Origin: the human T2T-CHM13v2.0 reference genome, Homo sapiens
Assembly: GCF_009914755.1 (NCBI RefSeq)
Contig: NC_060936.1
Direction: 5' to 3' (one strand)
DNA: 64,000 nt
The position numbers were made by a program, and so were the translations under genes. The notes under the pieces were generated by a model. That model was not told where the DNA came from. It did no database searches and saw only the letters and a list, made by a program, of their open reading frames with translations. Shown here one piece after another: positions 25,791 to 39,065 of the stretch (positions within the stretch are counted from its first letter, which is position 1; each line of letters opens with the position of its first letter).

Positions 25791-27061
25791 TTGTCATTTA
25801 AAAATTATCTTTATGTCTATTAAAGAAGAATAAAAATTGTATTAATGGTGTTGCTTTTGTTTCTAAATGGGTACTTCTGATGTTCTTAAAACCAGTTTCT
25901 CTTCAAGATGTTATTCTCCTACCTGTGCACTGAGCTCCCTTGTTTTATATGCCTTTAGGAACTTAGAAGTTGCTGCATTCAAGGAGAAAGCAAATGTGAA
26001 ATACAACCCATCTGGAGTCTAAATCAGCAAAATTTCCAAGACAATGGATTCCAGTTACTCTCCCAGAGAGACTGATTTCTTGTCTTCCACAATGTGTACG
26101 CATTTTTTCTTCCTGATTAAGGATGTTCTTAATAATGTGTTAGGAATGTTGAGTTTACACTTGCATATGGCTGGAATCCTAAAGTAACCCAAAGACTTAA
26201 TATAGAAGACCATGTCTTTTCTATGTATAACATTTTTTTTTTCTTTCTTCTCTCAATACCCTTCATCTTGCCAGCAACATGGTGAGTTATCACTTATGGA
26301 CTAATTAGGAAGGTTCAGTATCATAGAAACAACAGCTTAAGTTTGAGCTTCTGTTCCACCAGTTCCTGGATGAATTGGTCAGAAGTCTTTGGTTGTTAGC
26401 AACAGAAACATCTTAATACCTTAATTGCTTATTACTAAGTTATAAGAGATTGGAAGCTCTTGACTCCAGAGAAAGCTAAAGGACGAGGTTTCCTATGAGC
26501 AGGAAGCTGCCAGGTGCTGGGTTCCTGTAGCTATAATTGTCTGGCTTCTTTAGGGTACCGCAGTTGGAAAACAGGAACCATTTTACTTATTTTTGTCTCA
26601 GTGCTCATGTTTTAGATTCCAGGGTGAAAGAAGCCTATACCTTGGCTAAACTTTTCACCTGGGGAATTTTGAAAATACCAATCCCCAGGCCTTATCCCAA
26701 ACCAATGGAATCAGGCTCTTTGGTAGGGATGGAGTAGGGGTGGGTGTGGAGGCAGGGCTGATCAGTTTTACTGTTTAAAAGCTCTTCAGGTGATTCTAAC
26801 TCTCAGGGATGCACACAGATTGTGTAGGCCCATCTCTATCTAGAAAGGTATAAGACAGCCTCATTAATAGTTCCATCATTTTGTATCCAAGGGGAAAGGA
26901 TTTTCCTCCCAGAGAAAAACTGAAGAGCTGTTACTAAAAGAAGGTGTGATGGATGCTGGATGAAAAATCAACCAATGTTCATTCCACTGGCCCTAAGACC
27001 TAGTGTATGTAGTGAAAAAATAAAGGACAGCTTTTCTGAGCCTCAGTTTTGTTTTATAAGT

Positions 27062-27591
27062 CAGGGTTCCCCAACCCTCTGGTCATGGTTTGGTACTGGT
27101 CCGTGGCCTATTAGGAACTAGGCTGCAGAGCAGGAGGTGAGTGATGGATAAGCGAGCAATGCTTCCTCTGAATTTATAGCTGCTCCCCATCCCTCACATT
27201 ACTGCCTGAGCTCTGCCTCCTGTAAGATCAGCGGTAGCATTAGATTCTCATAGAAGCTAGAATCCTATCATGAACTGTGCATGCAAGGGGCCTAGGTTGC
27301 GTGCTCCTTATGAGAATCTAATGCCTGATGATCTGTCACTGTCCACCACTAGCCCCCAAGATGGGATGGTCTAGTTGCAGGAAGACAAGCTTAGGGCTCC
27401 CACTGAATCTACATTATGGTGAGTTATATAATATTTTATTATATAGTACAGTGTAATAATAATAGAGATAAAATGCACAATAAATGTAATGTGCTTGAAT
27501 GATGCTGAAACAATCCCCCCACCCCCTGGTCTGATGTAAAATTGTCTTCCACAAAACTGGTCCCTTTTGCCAAAAAGGTTGGGGACCACTG
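27062..27591 (+). mobile_element. MER1A (hAT-Charlie), full length, inserted in a MIR
   Basis: Ends CAGGGTTCCCCAACC / GGTTGGGGACCACTG; internal GCATTAGATTCTCATA..TATGAGAATCTAATGC inverted repeat; ~530 bp. Confidence 0.9.
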
Positions 27592-27674
27592 TGCTAAGAA
27601 GGGATAATATCTATTTTATAGGATGGTTGACAATATTTAATGCAAAAGTGGACTAGAGATACTTAGCACGCTTT

Positions 27675-28093
27675 ATGAATTTCCAAGGGCAGTTGTAACA
27701 AACATGGAAGCTTAATGTAACAAAAATTGGTCCTCTCACAATTCTGGGGCCAAAAGTCCAAAATCATATGTTGTCAGGGCCATGCACTGTGCTGAGCCCC
27801 CAGGGGAGGATCCTTCCTTGCCTTTTCCAGCTTCTCTTGGCTCCTGGTGCTCTTGGCTTGTGGCAGCATCACAGCAATCTTTGCCTCCGTCTTCACATGG
27901 CCTCCCATTCTAAATGATCCTTACCTGTCTGTCTTATAAGGATACCGGTCATTGGATTTATAACCCACTGTAATCCAGGATGATCTCATTTCAAGATCCT
28001 TAATGACATCTGAAAAGAGATTTTTTTCTTAAGCAAGGACATATTCACAGGTTCTAAGTGGACATTCGCTTTTGAGGCCATGCAAACTATTGC
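27675..28093 (-). mobile_element. MLT1B/C-like MaLR LTR
   Basis: CTCTCACAATTCTGGGGCCAAAAGTCCAAAATCA, TCTTATAAGGATACCGGTCATTGGATTTA. Confidence 0.8.
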
Positions 28094-30579
28094 ATGCGGT
28101 AAGACTTGGCATATAGTAAAGTTCAATAAATCAGGGCCATCATTATTTGTATTATTAAAGCCATGGAGAAGAAGAATCCACAGTACAATACAATGGAAAC
28201 CTTACATAGATATTTTTTAAAAATAACTGAGAATAATTTAAAACACAAAGCAAAGAAAACAGAACTGTGCATTCAACAATATCGGGGAATAGGAAAACTG
28301 GTCAAGTGTGAGGTGTTTGTTTATTGTAGACCTAAACAGAGAGCCAAAGGTTTATATTCTGAGACATCCCTTGACCACTTCATGCTTAACTACAGCTTAG
28401 GCATAATTCCATCTGGCTTAGTGTTAGGATATTCTTGACACGATCTTAAGCTTCCCTTCTCCTTCTGAGTTCTCAGAGTCATGAAAACCATCCAGAGCAG
28501 GCCCCATTTCTCTCTTAGGTTAATTTTTTCTCCCAACTCTGCAGTTGACTTTTTTCATCCTTCTTGCTCAATTGGTCCCTCTGGCCCCATAATTATGTTT
28601 ACTTTTGCTGTGTTTCCTCACTGTCTCTGCGGACCCAGATGCTGTAGAAATGTGGATCAAACGCTGGCCACTTTGGCACGCGGTATTCTACTAGCAAGTC
28701 TTTGAGGCAACAAGGGATTCTTATATTCCCAAAATAAAGGAACTTGAAGAAAACTGCCTCCTGCCTCAACACACACATGTGTGCATGCATGTGCGTGCAT
28801 GCACACACACACACACACACACACAATTCTAGGCTAGTTTCTGGTCTTATCATTGAGTTACAGCTTAGTGATGATTTTAAGACAAAACAAACAAACAAAA
28901 AAGAAAAAGCTCTTACTTATGCCCTAAACAAGGTATTCCTGAAAATGTGATTTTTGTCTCCACTGGAAACAATGAGGTTGGGTTTGACACACTGAAGCAG
29001 TTTTCCCTGTTTGATGGAAATGTTTTTTGAATATGCACCAAATTATTCAGTTTCTTATTCACGATTCCTCTAGTTACAAATGCCAAAACTCCCAGCTTAA
29101 GCAAACCATACCAAAGTCAAAAGAAGGAAAAAAATAATTCGTTCAGTAACTGCAAAGTCCAGATAGACTTCAGGCACAGCTGGATCCAGGGGTCAAGTGA
29201 TGTCATTGGACAGTTTCTGTTTCTCCCAATCTCTTGGCTGCTCTGTCCTCTTTGCTGTCTTCATTTTGGAGAGGCCATCATTATCAACAGCACCTCCAGG
29301 CTTATATTCTGTCCACACAGCATACTCAACTAAAAGAAAGTGACTTCTCACACGGTTGTAGAAAAAGTTGCAGGGGTAGATTTTTGGCACTCACTACAGC
29401 CTTTCGCCCACTTACTGCGGACTTAAGGGAATGGGGTTTTCTGATGATGCAGATCTTGGGCACAGGAATTCTGGGAGCCTGGGGGTGAGGTCACTTCCAC
29501 CCACACCACTAAGATAGAAGGTGTGATGATGCCCAAACACAGGTGGAGCTGTTTCAGAAGATGGGGAATGACTGCCCAGCAGGCAAAACCCTATTCATCA
29601 ACCAAATGAGCAAAATGAAGGGAATCAAAAGCCACTGGATGGCCACTTCTCACGGGTGTGCTCCACATTGTGGGGGCAGCCCACATGGGAGGTCAGCTCG
29701 TTTCTCCTGCCTATGCACAAACAACAAAGTCCAGGACATCTCAAATTAGGAAGGTGGCCTTCTTTATCTCTCATCACATCTCTACTTCTGGGTGGCTTTT
29801 CCTCTTTTCTGCTTGTCTTGACCTTCATTCATTCTTCTCTCATTGATATCCAGCCATCCAACATCCCTCCAATAAGAGATGGGCACTGCAATAGTAGCAT
29901 CTTCTATCACTGACCTCCTCTTGCAGATAAGGAGACCTTACTTTCAACCTCAGGTGCTCACCCCCAGGACTGTGGGATCCCTGGGCTGAGTTGCTAAAGC
30001 CTGCCAGTTTCTCATGCCGCAGCTGTATACGGTGACCCTAAAAGGCTTGCCCCTCTGGCATCCTGATTTAGGAGAACAAAAATCTCAGGGGAAGTCTATG
30101 TTTCGGGGCATTTGTTCTGCTCCGGCTTTGTTCCCTCTTTCCTGCCTCCTAAATGGCAATAGGTTCTTATCTTCAATTTTTGTAAACCTTTTGGGTCACG
30201 ACACAGCCCCGGGTTACCATTTTCTTTATTTTCCACTTTTTAATTGTAAGCAATGAATTGACTGAGAGAGCAGACTTTTCTCATTTGCCTTCAAACTCAG
30301 TGTTTTCATCTGTCGTGTTCATATCCTATTAACTAAATGACGTTTCCTAGCTGGGATCTCTCACTGCCTTCTCCTGGTCAGTTGTCTCCCTGGCCATGTC
30401 CTGGCCCTTGACCCCAGCCTGTCTCCCTGCGGCACCGATGCCATGGAGGTGACAGCTGGCAGTGGTTTGACTGTGTGGTTGCCTGTTAGTTCTGGGTGGG
30501 AAGGGGTCCCCTCTACCATTCACAGAGGCAAGAAGCCTACAAACATCAGCTTTTTACTAAACCCCGGTGGTCAGGGTGT

Positions 30580-30652
30580 CCATGATGACTAAGTTTTTGT
30601 CTTAACTTGTGTGGGCCACGGTTCCCAGATATTTGTGCAGACTTGATTCTAT

Positions 30653-30701
<49 letters not shown>

Positions 30702-31022
30702 GGTGAGATTAACAAATTGGTGGATTTTGATAAAACAGGTTACTCTGCATAATGTGGGTAGCCTCATCCAATGAGTTGAAGGCCTGCAGAGATCAAAAGG
30801 CTGACCACCCCTAGAAGACAAGAAGGAATTCTGCCAGTCGACAGCATTTGGACGTGAACTGCAACATTAGGTCTTCCTTGGGTCTCCAGCCTGCCAGCCC
30901 ACCCTACAGATTTTGGACTTGCCACACTCCATAATTGCATGAGCCAATACCTTAAAATAAGTTTCTCTCCTTATATACTCACTCTATTGGTTCTATTTCC
31001 CAGGAGAACCCTGAGTAATAGA
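30580..31022 (+). mobile_element. MLT2-family LTR containing (GT)22 at 30655-30698
   Basis: GCCTCATCCAATGAGTTGAAGGCCTG, GGTCTCCAGCCTGCCAGCC, CTATTGGTTCTATTTCCCAGGAGAACCCTGAGTAATA. Confidence 0.85.
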
Positions 31023-31309
31023 GGGTCCTGGAAGATCTAGTCCCAGGCAAAGGGAATTTTGTTTTCTCTCTCACATATCTCACCTGTCTATTCTCCAAGC
31101 ACACTCATTATCTCCATTCCTTGAAGATAATGGATTCCCAGAACTGGCCACATAAAAGGAATATACTTCAGAGACAGAATTGGTGCTGTCATTTTTTTTA
31201 TTATTATTAAATCACTGCTAATCCTCTAGAGACAGTGCTTCCTTACTTTGTTCATTAGCCCGACGGGAAGATCTAAATGTCCACCATCCTCAGCAAACAC
31301 CAGCTGCAT

Positions 31310-31915
31310 GTTTAAGCCCTTCTTGACTAGTGGTCAGATCATGTCCTCTGCCCCAAATTCTCTAGTGTCTCCCATCACATTCAGAGGTAATACCACAGTC
31401 TGTGCGGTGATCTACAAGGCGCTCTGTAATCTCTGACCCCATAGCATCCTTCTGACCTCATTTTCAACCCCACACTCTGCTCCAGTCCCATGGGCCTGCT
31501 TGCTGGGCTCACCACCCCAGATAGGCTCCCACCGCAGGGCCTTTGCACATGCCTACTGTGGGGTAACTTCTAGATACCCTCATGACGCACTTTCAGCTTC
31601 TCAGATCTGTGTGCCAAGGGCACCTCCTCATGGAAGTCTCCCTATGCACATTGTCTGTTGTTCTCCATTCCTGCCCTTTCTGTGCCCTGTCCCTATTTTG
31701 TCCTTTCTCTTTGCACTTATCACCTCCTGATAAACTATAACTTTGACTTATTTAACTGTCTTCCCATTCCCTAGAATTAAAGCTCCATGAGAACAGAAAT
31801 TTCAGCCTATTGTTTCATGGTTGTATTTATCTATTTTGCTGATGGCTCTAGTACCTCTGGTACTCTGGTGAGGCCCCGAATGCTTGATAAATGAATGAAC
31901 GGACAAGTGAATAAA
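31310..31915 (+). mobile_element. L2 3' region
   Basis: CAGGGCCTTTGCACATGC, CTAGAATTAAAGCTCCATGAG, terminal TGAATGAA. Confidence 0.75.
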
Positions 31916-33474
31916 TGACTTCAGTCTGTCTTTGGCTTCTCATATTATCTGTCCTTCATTCTGAGCCAGTCTCTTGAATCTTGATAGCCCAAGATTCATG
32001 CTGCCTGCTACATACATGAAAATGGGGAGGTAAGTTTTATATGCCAGAAATCTCTGAAGGCCACCATTTTATTAAAGGTCTCTAGCTGAGAATGGAGCCT
32101 GTCTTCATCTCTTCTCTCCGTCAGTCGCTCCAGGGAAGTGCCCCCGTCAATTTGAGGTGAGAGTGCTCAGAAGAGGAGTGTGATACACAAATTCACATGC
32201 TGGCCAGGGGCAACATTTTCAAGTCGCCGACTTTATTTCTGAGTTGTCCTACCCTCCCTTGTATCCATCTGCCTCTTACTTTCAGGTGAGATATAGGAGG
32301 GGCTCCTTCCTTGTAGACAAGAGATTCTCAAAACTGACTACATTAAAGGACTAAACTTCAAACACAGACCAGAATTCTATCATAAATAGTGAAAAGCATC
32401 CTAATATCCTTATATAAGGAAAACATGCTTAAATTCAGTTAACTTAATAGCGTAATCACTAGAATAATGGGGACGGACTGCTAATGAGTATAAGGTATCT
32501 TTTGAGTGGATGGAAAGATATTATAATGAGGCATCAGATGTGACTTGATCTGGGTATTCAATTATAACATTAGAATTTGTTTAAAAAGTGATTTACTCGG
32601 CCTGTTATACTGTTGGCTTCCTTATTAGGTTCTAATTTGTGGCTCTTGGAAGTTCCAAGTTTACATGCTTGAGGGGTCAAATATCTCTCTCTCAATAATC
32701 CCAGCAAAAGTCATACTGTGTTTCATTGGCTCTGTTTGTTTCATGTGCCAGTTTCTGAACCATTCAACCCAGTCAATAGAAAACAATGTGCTCTAATCAT
32801 CCAGGCCAGGGAGCTGTGGGAGGAGTTCATATGGGCTAGAAGTGGGATGCAGAGAAAAATGTGGGTGTTGTTACCCACATTTGAGACCAGAAAAAGAACG
32901 ATATATATTCCTACATCTCCAGCTTTGAGACTGTGATCAACACAGGTCACAGGAACATAGAAGAGTCATGCAAGCAAGTTGTATCTCTTTCCTCCTCAGA
33001 AGTCTACTTGGATTAGTATCTATGAACAGGAGACAGCATGAAGATGTGTTTTCCTAGTTGAGTTTGTGTCATACTTGCCTGAAACCAAGGATAAGCAAAC
33101 ATCATGTATCACTCAGCTGTCAACCCAGGCTGCCTTCAATATCAGAGGCAAAATGAGATAGATACAAGAGGTGGCCCGAGTGCCAGTTGGAAGAGAGAAA
33201 GATGAGATCTAAAACAGGTTTGTTTCAACAAGTTAGGACCCCTTCCTCTCCAGACAGGTCCTGTTTGGGAGGCAAGATCAAGGCTTGGTGGTTATACTGG
33301 CCTGAATCAAATCCCTGCTCCACTGTGTAGACATGGGAAAGCCAATTGTAGCATCAAACCTCAGCTTCTGGGTCTGTCACTGGGGCTAGTAAAATGTGTC
33401 TCATGGAGTTATTTAAAAGGATCAAATGACCTAATGTCTATTTGTCTTTATTTTTCATTTGCACATTTTGGATA

Positions 33475-33905
33475 CAATCTCCGTTGTTCTCTGTCCTGCT
33501 CTGAACCCTAGGAGGCTGACCCTGCGAAGGGCAACTCCTGGTTCTTGTATCTGCTGGATTCCATGGGGGGCTGACTAGTGGGGACATGGCAAGAGATTGG
33601 AGGGCAAGAGAAAGGAGAAGCTGGAATATTTGTTCCCCACTCGCTCCTTGTTTGGGCCCATCTCTGGCTGTGCCTTTGTCTCCCCATGAATCTAATTCCT
33701 GTTGGGTGGCCTCTGTTCAAGATTCCAGCTCCCACTGACCTTGAGGAACACTCCCTTCTCCACTTCCCCCTTCAGGTGAAGATAATGTCTATTTCTTATC
33801 TCTAGGTACCCAGCCTCATTATTTCATTTCTTCCATAAATAGTTCCTTCATAAAAGGGACTTTGAACATTGGAGTTGGATTCTCTTTCCTCCTGAGGCTG
33901 ACACC
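33475..33905. mobile_element. Old ERVL LTR (LTR16/LTR33-like)
   Basis: CCTGCTCTGAACCCTAGGAGGCTGACC..GGCAAGAGATTGGAGGGCAAGAG..GGAATATTTGTTCCCC. Confidence 0.55.
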
Positions 33906-34181
33906 TATACAAATAAAAACTGCTCATACATAGTGGAAAATGGCTGGAGTTTTTTGTTGTTTTTATGTTTAAACAAGCTCAAACATTTAGAATATTTCAA
34001 AAATAGGTGCCTAGAACTTTTGTCCCATGAACCATCTCAGAGTAACTGGCTGAGTTGATGCTTATCATCCCTGAATGTTTTGTTGTGTATTTCTTACAAA
34101 CAAGACATTCTCTTACAAAAGCACAAGATAACATCAAAATCAGAGAATTACCACTGCTGCATTATTACCACACAATACTGT

Positions 34182-34560
34182 TGTATTATTCCGTTTTCAC
34201 ATTGCTATAAAGAATTCCCCTGAGACGGGGTAATTTATAAAGGAAAGAGGTTTAATTGACTCACAGTTCTGCATGGCTTGGGAGGCCTCAGGAAACTTAC
34301 AATCATGGCAGAAGGCAAAGGAGAAGCAAGTACCTTTTTCACATGGTGGCAGGAAAAGGAAGAGGCAAAAGGAAAAGTGTCCCTTATAAAACCGTCAGAT
34401 CTTGTGAGAACTCACTCATTATGATGAGAAAAGCATGGAGAAAGCCACTGCCCCCCTCCTCATGATCCAGTCACCTCCCACTAGGTCCCTCCCTGGACGT
34501 GTTGGGATTACAGCAGTTCCAGATGAGATTTGGGTGGGGACACAGAGCCAAACCATATCA
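34182..34560 (-). mobile_element. THE1D-like MaLR solo LTR inserted into an old antisense L1M (~34050-35660)
   Basis: TGTATTA..GACTCACAGTTCTGCATGGC..GAGATTTGGGTGGGGACACAGAGCCAAACCATATCA; flanks ACTGT/ACTAT. Confidence 0.88.
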
Positions 34561-36765
34561 ACTATTGTCCCAATAATTCACAGCAGAAGGATCTAGTTCA
34601 GGATTGCACATTGCAGTTAGTTGTCATGGGTTTTTACTTTTTTTCAGTCTTCCCTTGAATTTCATGACTTTGACACTGCGGAAACTTACCAGGCTAGTTA
34701 TTTTGTGACACGTCTCTCCATTCAGATTTGTCTGATGTTTCTTCCTGATTAGTGATTCAGATGCTACATTTTGGGCAGGAATGCTCCAGACAGGATGCTC
34801 TGCTGTTGTCTTTGTACTTTATCGGGTTGCATGGGATTTAAATGTGTCACAATATTAATGATGTTCTCTTTGATCACCTGATTAAGGTGGTGTCTGCTGG
34901 GCTTCTCTACTGTGAGGTTACTCTTATTCCCTTTGAAATTAAGACATATTTTGTGGAAAGATGTTCAGAGTCTACGTGATGATCCTGTTCCTCATTAGAA
35001 TTTCAACATTTCATTATGAATCTATAACAGGATGGGTTCCTGGATTTCTTTTGTACTCTATGGCTTACATTTCATTACTATAACTGTTTATTTTGATGCT
35101 CACAATATCACAGGTTTGGCCAGTGGGAGCCATTTTATGACAACTTCTGTGTTGTTCTGACATGTCCTCCTTCTTTAAGCACTGCCCTACTTTCTGGATG
35201 TAAGATCCTCAAGGCTCATCTGTACCTTCCCTGCCCCAGTTTTGGAATCAGTTCAGTTGCTTTTAGTGGGGAAATGGTATTTAGACATCAAGATCCTGGC
35301 TCTGCATGTGCTCATGACTAATGGGGTGCTCTAGTTCCACTCAGTGGACAGAGGCAGGAAATCATTGTGCACACATTGGCCTTTCTCTCTTCCTCTCTCA
35401 TTACCTCTCTACCTCCATCTACTGTTCTGTATCTAGGCATCTCTCTCTCTCTCTCTCCCTCTGTCTGTCTCTCTCTACTAACCTATCCTAGCTATCTACT
35501 GTTCTCTGTCTACTGTTCTGTGTCTATCTACCTATGCCTCCAGCCATCTATCTATTATCTAATCTATTTATCTGCCTTAAAAACCATGAGTTCACACTGA
35601 TGCCTCAGATTCTAATCCAGCACCACAGGAGTCATTCTAGGTTTCTTCCTTTCTGTGTTTGTAGTTCCCTTTTCCTAATCCCAGGCCAGGCCATTTCCCC
35701 TGCCTTCCCCATCTCAGTCCACTCAATCTCCAGCCCCTGATGCCGCCTGTCCTCCTTGCCACTCCTCTGACCCCCTGCCTCAGCCACTGAGTCTCCACTG
35801 TCTGCCTTGCTGGGCCTCTCCTGATGGTGTTGGGCTGAACTGTTCAGAAGCAGGAGGAAGAGGGGCAGCATCCAGTTTGTATCTTTAGTTACATGAACTC
35901 CATTATATTATCTGTTTAGAAGAATCCTATAAAGTTCAAGTCAAAGGAATGTGCTGCAACTTCTCTACCTCAGGATACCCATTTTTTGGCAGGTCGGGGT
36001 GGTGAATGAGCACGTTGACCAGAGAGGACCATGGGCCCATGTACCACCATGTACTGACCAGCCATTCCTAGGAAAATAACGTGAGCCAATTTGCATAACA
36101 AGTCTACTCTTACATATCTATATCCTATTGGTTCTGTTTCTCTGGAGAACTCTGACTGATACAGCATCTAAACAGTCATTCGTGTTTAGGAGTGTATAGT
36201 GCTCTGGGAGGACCATCATTTGTGTGACAGATATATATATGTGTGTAAACTTACTCTTATGGTAACCTCAGGAGATAAGCACATTTGTTAGTCCTACAAC
36301 TGGGGACACTGAGAGCATTTCTAAAATGTAAAGCAAATGATTGGCAGAGTCAGGGTTTGGACCTACTGGGTCTATCTCCATGGTCCTTGGCACATGTGCT
36401 GTGGCCACCACACTGTGAGTGCCCTCAAGCCTATGTGAAGCCAATCCACATCAATCTAAGCCAGCTTTCCTGTAAGAAATAATGGCAAGAGGTTTCCTGT
36501 AAGAAATAATGGTGAAAGGTTAGCAGAGTGCCTCTTCTATGCACAGATTAGACTTCCCGTGTAACTCTAGCCCACATAAATAAGACAATTTCTACCTATA
36601 GCAGTTAAACATATAGTAACATTAAAAGTCAGTGGCTTAAGTTAATTGGAATTATGTAAAATAAGAAAATGATATAGATGAATTTGGGATAAATTATCAT
36701 TTTAATAATAATAACCCTTTCTAAGGCTATGGTATCTCATAGAATAGAAGTAAAGAGTAGAAGAC

Positions 36766-37050
36766 AGCCAGCATGGTGTCTCATGCCTGTAATCCCAGTA
36801 CTTCGGAAGGCTGAGGTGGAAGGATTGCTTGAGCCCAGGAGTTCAAGACCAGCCTAGGCAATGTGGTGAGAACCCAGCTCTACCCCAAAAAATAAACACA
36901 AAAAATTAGCTGGGCGTGGTGGTGAGTGCCTTTAGTCCCAGCTACTTGGGAGACTGAGGTAGGAGGATTGTTGACCTTCAGAGGTGGAGGTTGAAGTGAG
37001 CCAAGATTGCACCACTGCACTCCAGCATGGGAGACAGAGCAAGACCCTGT
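36766..37050 (+). mobile_element. AluJ lacking its own A tail
   Basis: GGATTGCTTGAGCCCAGGAGTTC; ends GCAAGACCCTGT. Confidence 0.9.
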
Positions 37051-37306
37051 TTAGTGAGGTAGGAGGGATAAGTTCCAGCACTGCAGGGTGACTATGATGA
37101 ACAACAATTTATTGTATATTTTCAAATACCTAGAAGAACAGATTTTGAATGTTTTCAACAAAAATGGTATTTGAGGTGATTGATATGCAATTACTCTGAT
37201 TTAATCATTACACATTTTGTACATTTATCAGAATATCATATTGTACCCCATGCATATGTACAATTATTGTGTTTTAATTACAAATAGGAATGAAAACAAA
37301 AAAAAA
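37051..37306 (+). mobile_element. L1MA-type 3' end
   Basis: GGGTGACTATG..AACAATTTATTGTATATTTTCAAATA..TTTGAGGTGAT..ATCATTACACATT; A tail. Confidence 0.8.
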
Positions 37307-37547
37307 GACATTTTAGTAAATAAATAAAATTATCTTATCACCAGCTTTTAAAAGATTAAAGAGCTTAATGTCGTTGCCAGGGAAGAACATTAGACTCTTA
37401 AACACAAGTAACAGGTTAACACCAGTGTAGGCAGCAGAGGAACTTTTACAGACAGGCAAGCCAAGGAAAGATTGACTAAAAGAGGAGAGGAACCAGCCGG
37501 ACCCAGGGGTTCACTGGGATTTGAATAGGGCGTCAAGGACATATTCA

Positions 37548-38114
37548 TTCTCTCTCTCTCTCTCTCTCCCTCTCCCTCCCCTCGCCCCCATCTCTCTCTC
37601 CCCATCTCTATCCCTCTGTCCCTTTCTCTCTTTCTCTCTCTCTCTCTCCCCATCTCTATCCCTCTCTCCCTTTCTCTCTTTCTCTCTCTCTCTCTCCCCA
37701 TCTCTATCCCTCTCTCCCTTTCTCTCTTTCTCTCTCTCCCCATCTCTATCCCTCTCTCCCTTTCTCTCTTTCTCTCTCTCCCCATCTCTATCTCTCTCTC
37801 CCTTTCTCTCTTTCTCTCTCTCCCCATCTCTATCCCTCTCTCCCTTTCTCTCTTTCTCTCTCTCCCCATCTCTATCTCTCTCTCCCTTTCTCTCTTTCTC
37901 TCTCTCTCCCCATCTCTATCCCTCTCTCCCTTTCTCTCTTTCTCTCTCTCCCCATCTCTATCTCTCTCTCCCTTTCTCTCTTTCTCTCTCTCCCCATCTC
38001 TATCCCTCTCTCCCTTTCTCTCTTTCTCTCCCCACCTCTATCCCTCTCTCCCTTCCTCTCTCTCTCTCTCTCTCTCCCCATCTCTATCCCTCTCTCCCTT
38101 TCTCTCTCTCTCTC
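37548..38114. repeat. CT-rich minisatellite, about 12 copies of a ~42-48 bp unit
   Basis: Recurring CCCCATCTCTATCCCTCTCTCCCTTTCTCTCTTT(CT)n. Confidence 0.95.
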
Positions 38115-39065
38115 TGCCTCCTTCACACACACGCATGCTTTCATGGAGGCTTCATTCTCTCATTTGGATTTTCTACATTATGGGAAATGTGGCCTCTGAG
38201 AGCTCCTGGACTTCAGTTCTCAGGAAGGTCTTTGCTTCCCTTAGCTTATACGTGAACATTTCAGGAAACGACTCTGCCTTGCTTGGTGGAATGTGCCCAC
38301 TCCTGGATGCAGGCTTACAAACTCAAATGCCTCCAGGGCCCCTGCTTAGACAGGAGTGAAGCACATTGATTGGGCTATGATGAACGGGAATATGATGCTC
38401 AGTTTGTGAGGCCAGGGCCACTCCCACATGGTGACAGCAGGTGAGAGTAGCTCTGGCCCCCATAGACAGTAGTGGGTGTGGGCAGAATAATTCCTAAGCC
38501 TTATTGATTTACATAAACCGGGAAATAAGGATATTTAAATATGAAATGGCAGCTTTCAAGTGTGGACAGCAAAATAAAAAATTGTTAAATGCTGTGTGGG
38601 ACAAATAGTCTAGGTTATGACCTCAGGACCATTTTTCATTTCTGCCTTTGACCACTGAACTTTGATGGAAAGGATGAGATACTAGAAGTGGCTCAGTTTG
38701 GGCACACAGTCACCTGAGGCCAAAGCAGCAAGATCCACACAGACATTGAAGTTCCCATCCAGTCCATGCAGCTGGAGTTTTGAGATCCCTTCCCAGAAGA
38801 AGGGACGTGTTGGTACCAGAAGAAGGGAGAGAGGGAGTGCCGGGCACGTGAGATTATTGTCCATTGAACAGGATCCTGGAAAACTTGAGAGAGAGGGGTA
38901 GAAAGAGTAAAGATGTTGGTCAAGAGAATAAGAGAAAGAAGACGAAGAAAAACTATGTTATCTCTGCCAAATGATGCTGCTTTTCCAAGAAGGGCAGCGG
39001 TTTTGCCAGCACTACTTGTGATCATGTCTGTGAGAAATCTTGTTCCTTCTCCTTTAAGTTTTGCA

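Noticed and set aside
37390-38255. 244-aa and 159-aa repetitive ORFs
   Set aside because: Translations of the CT minisatellite
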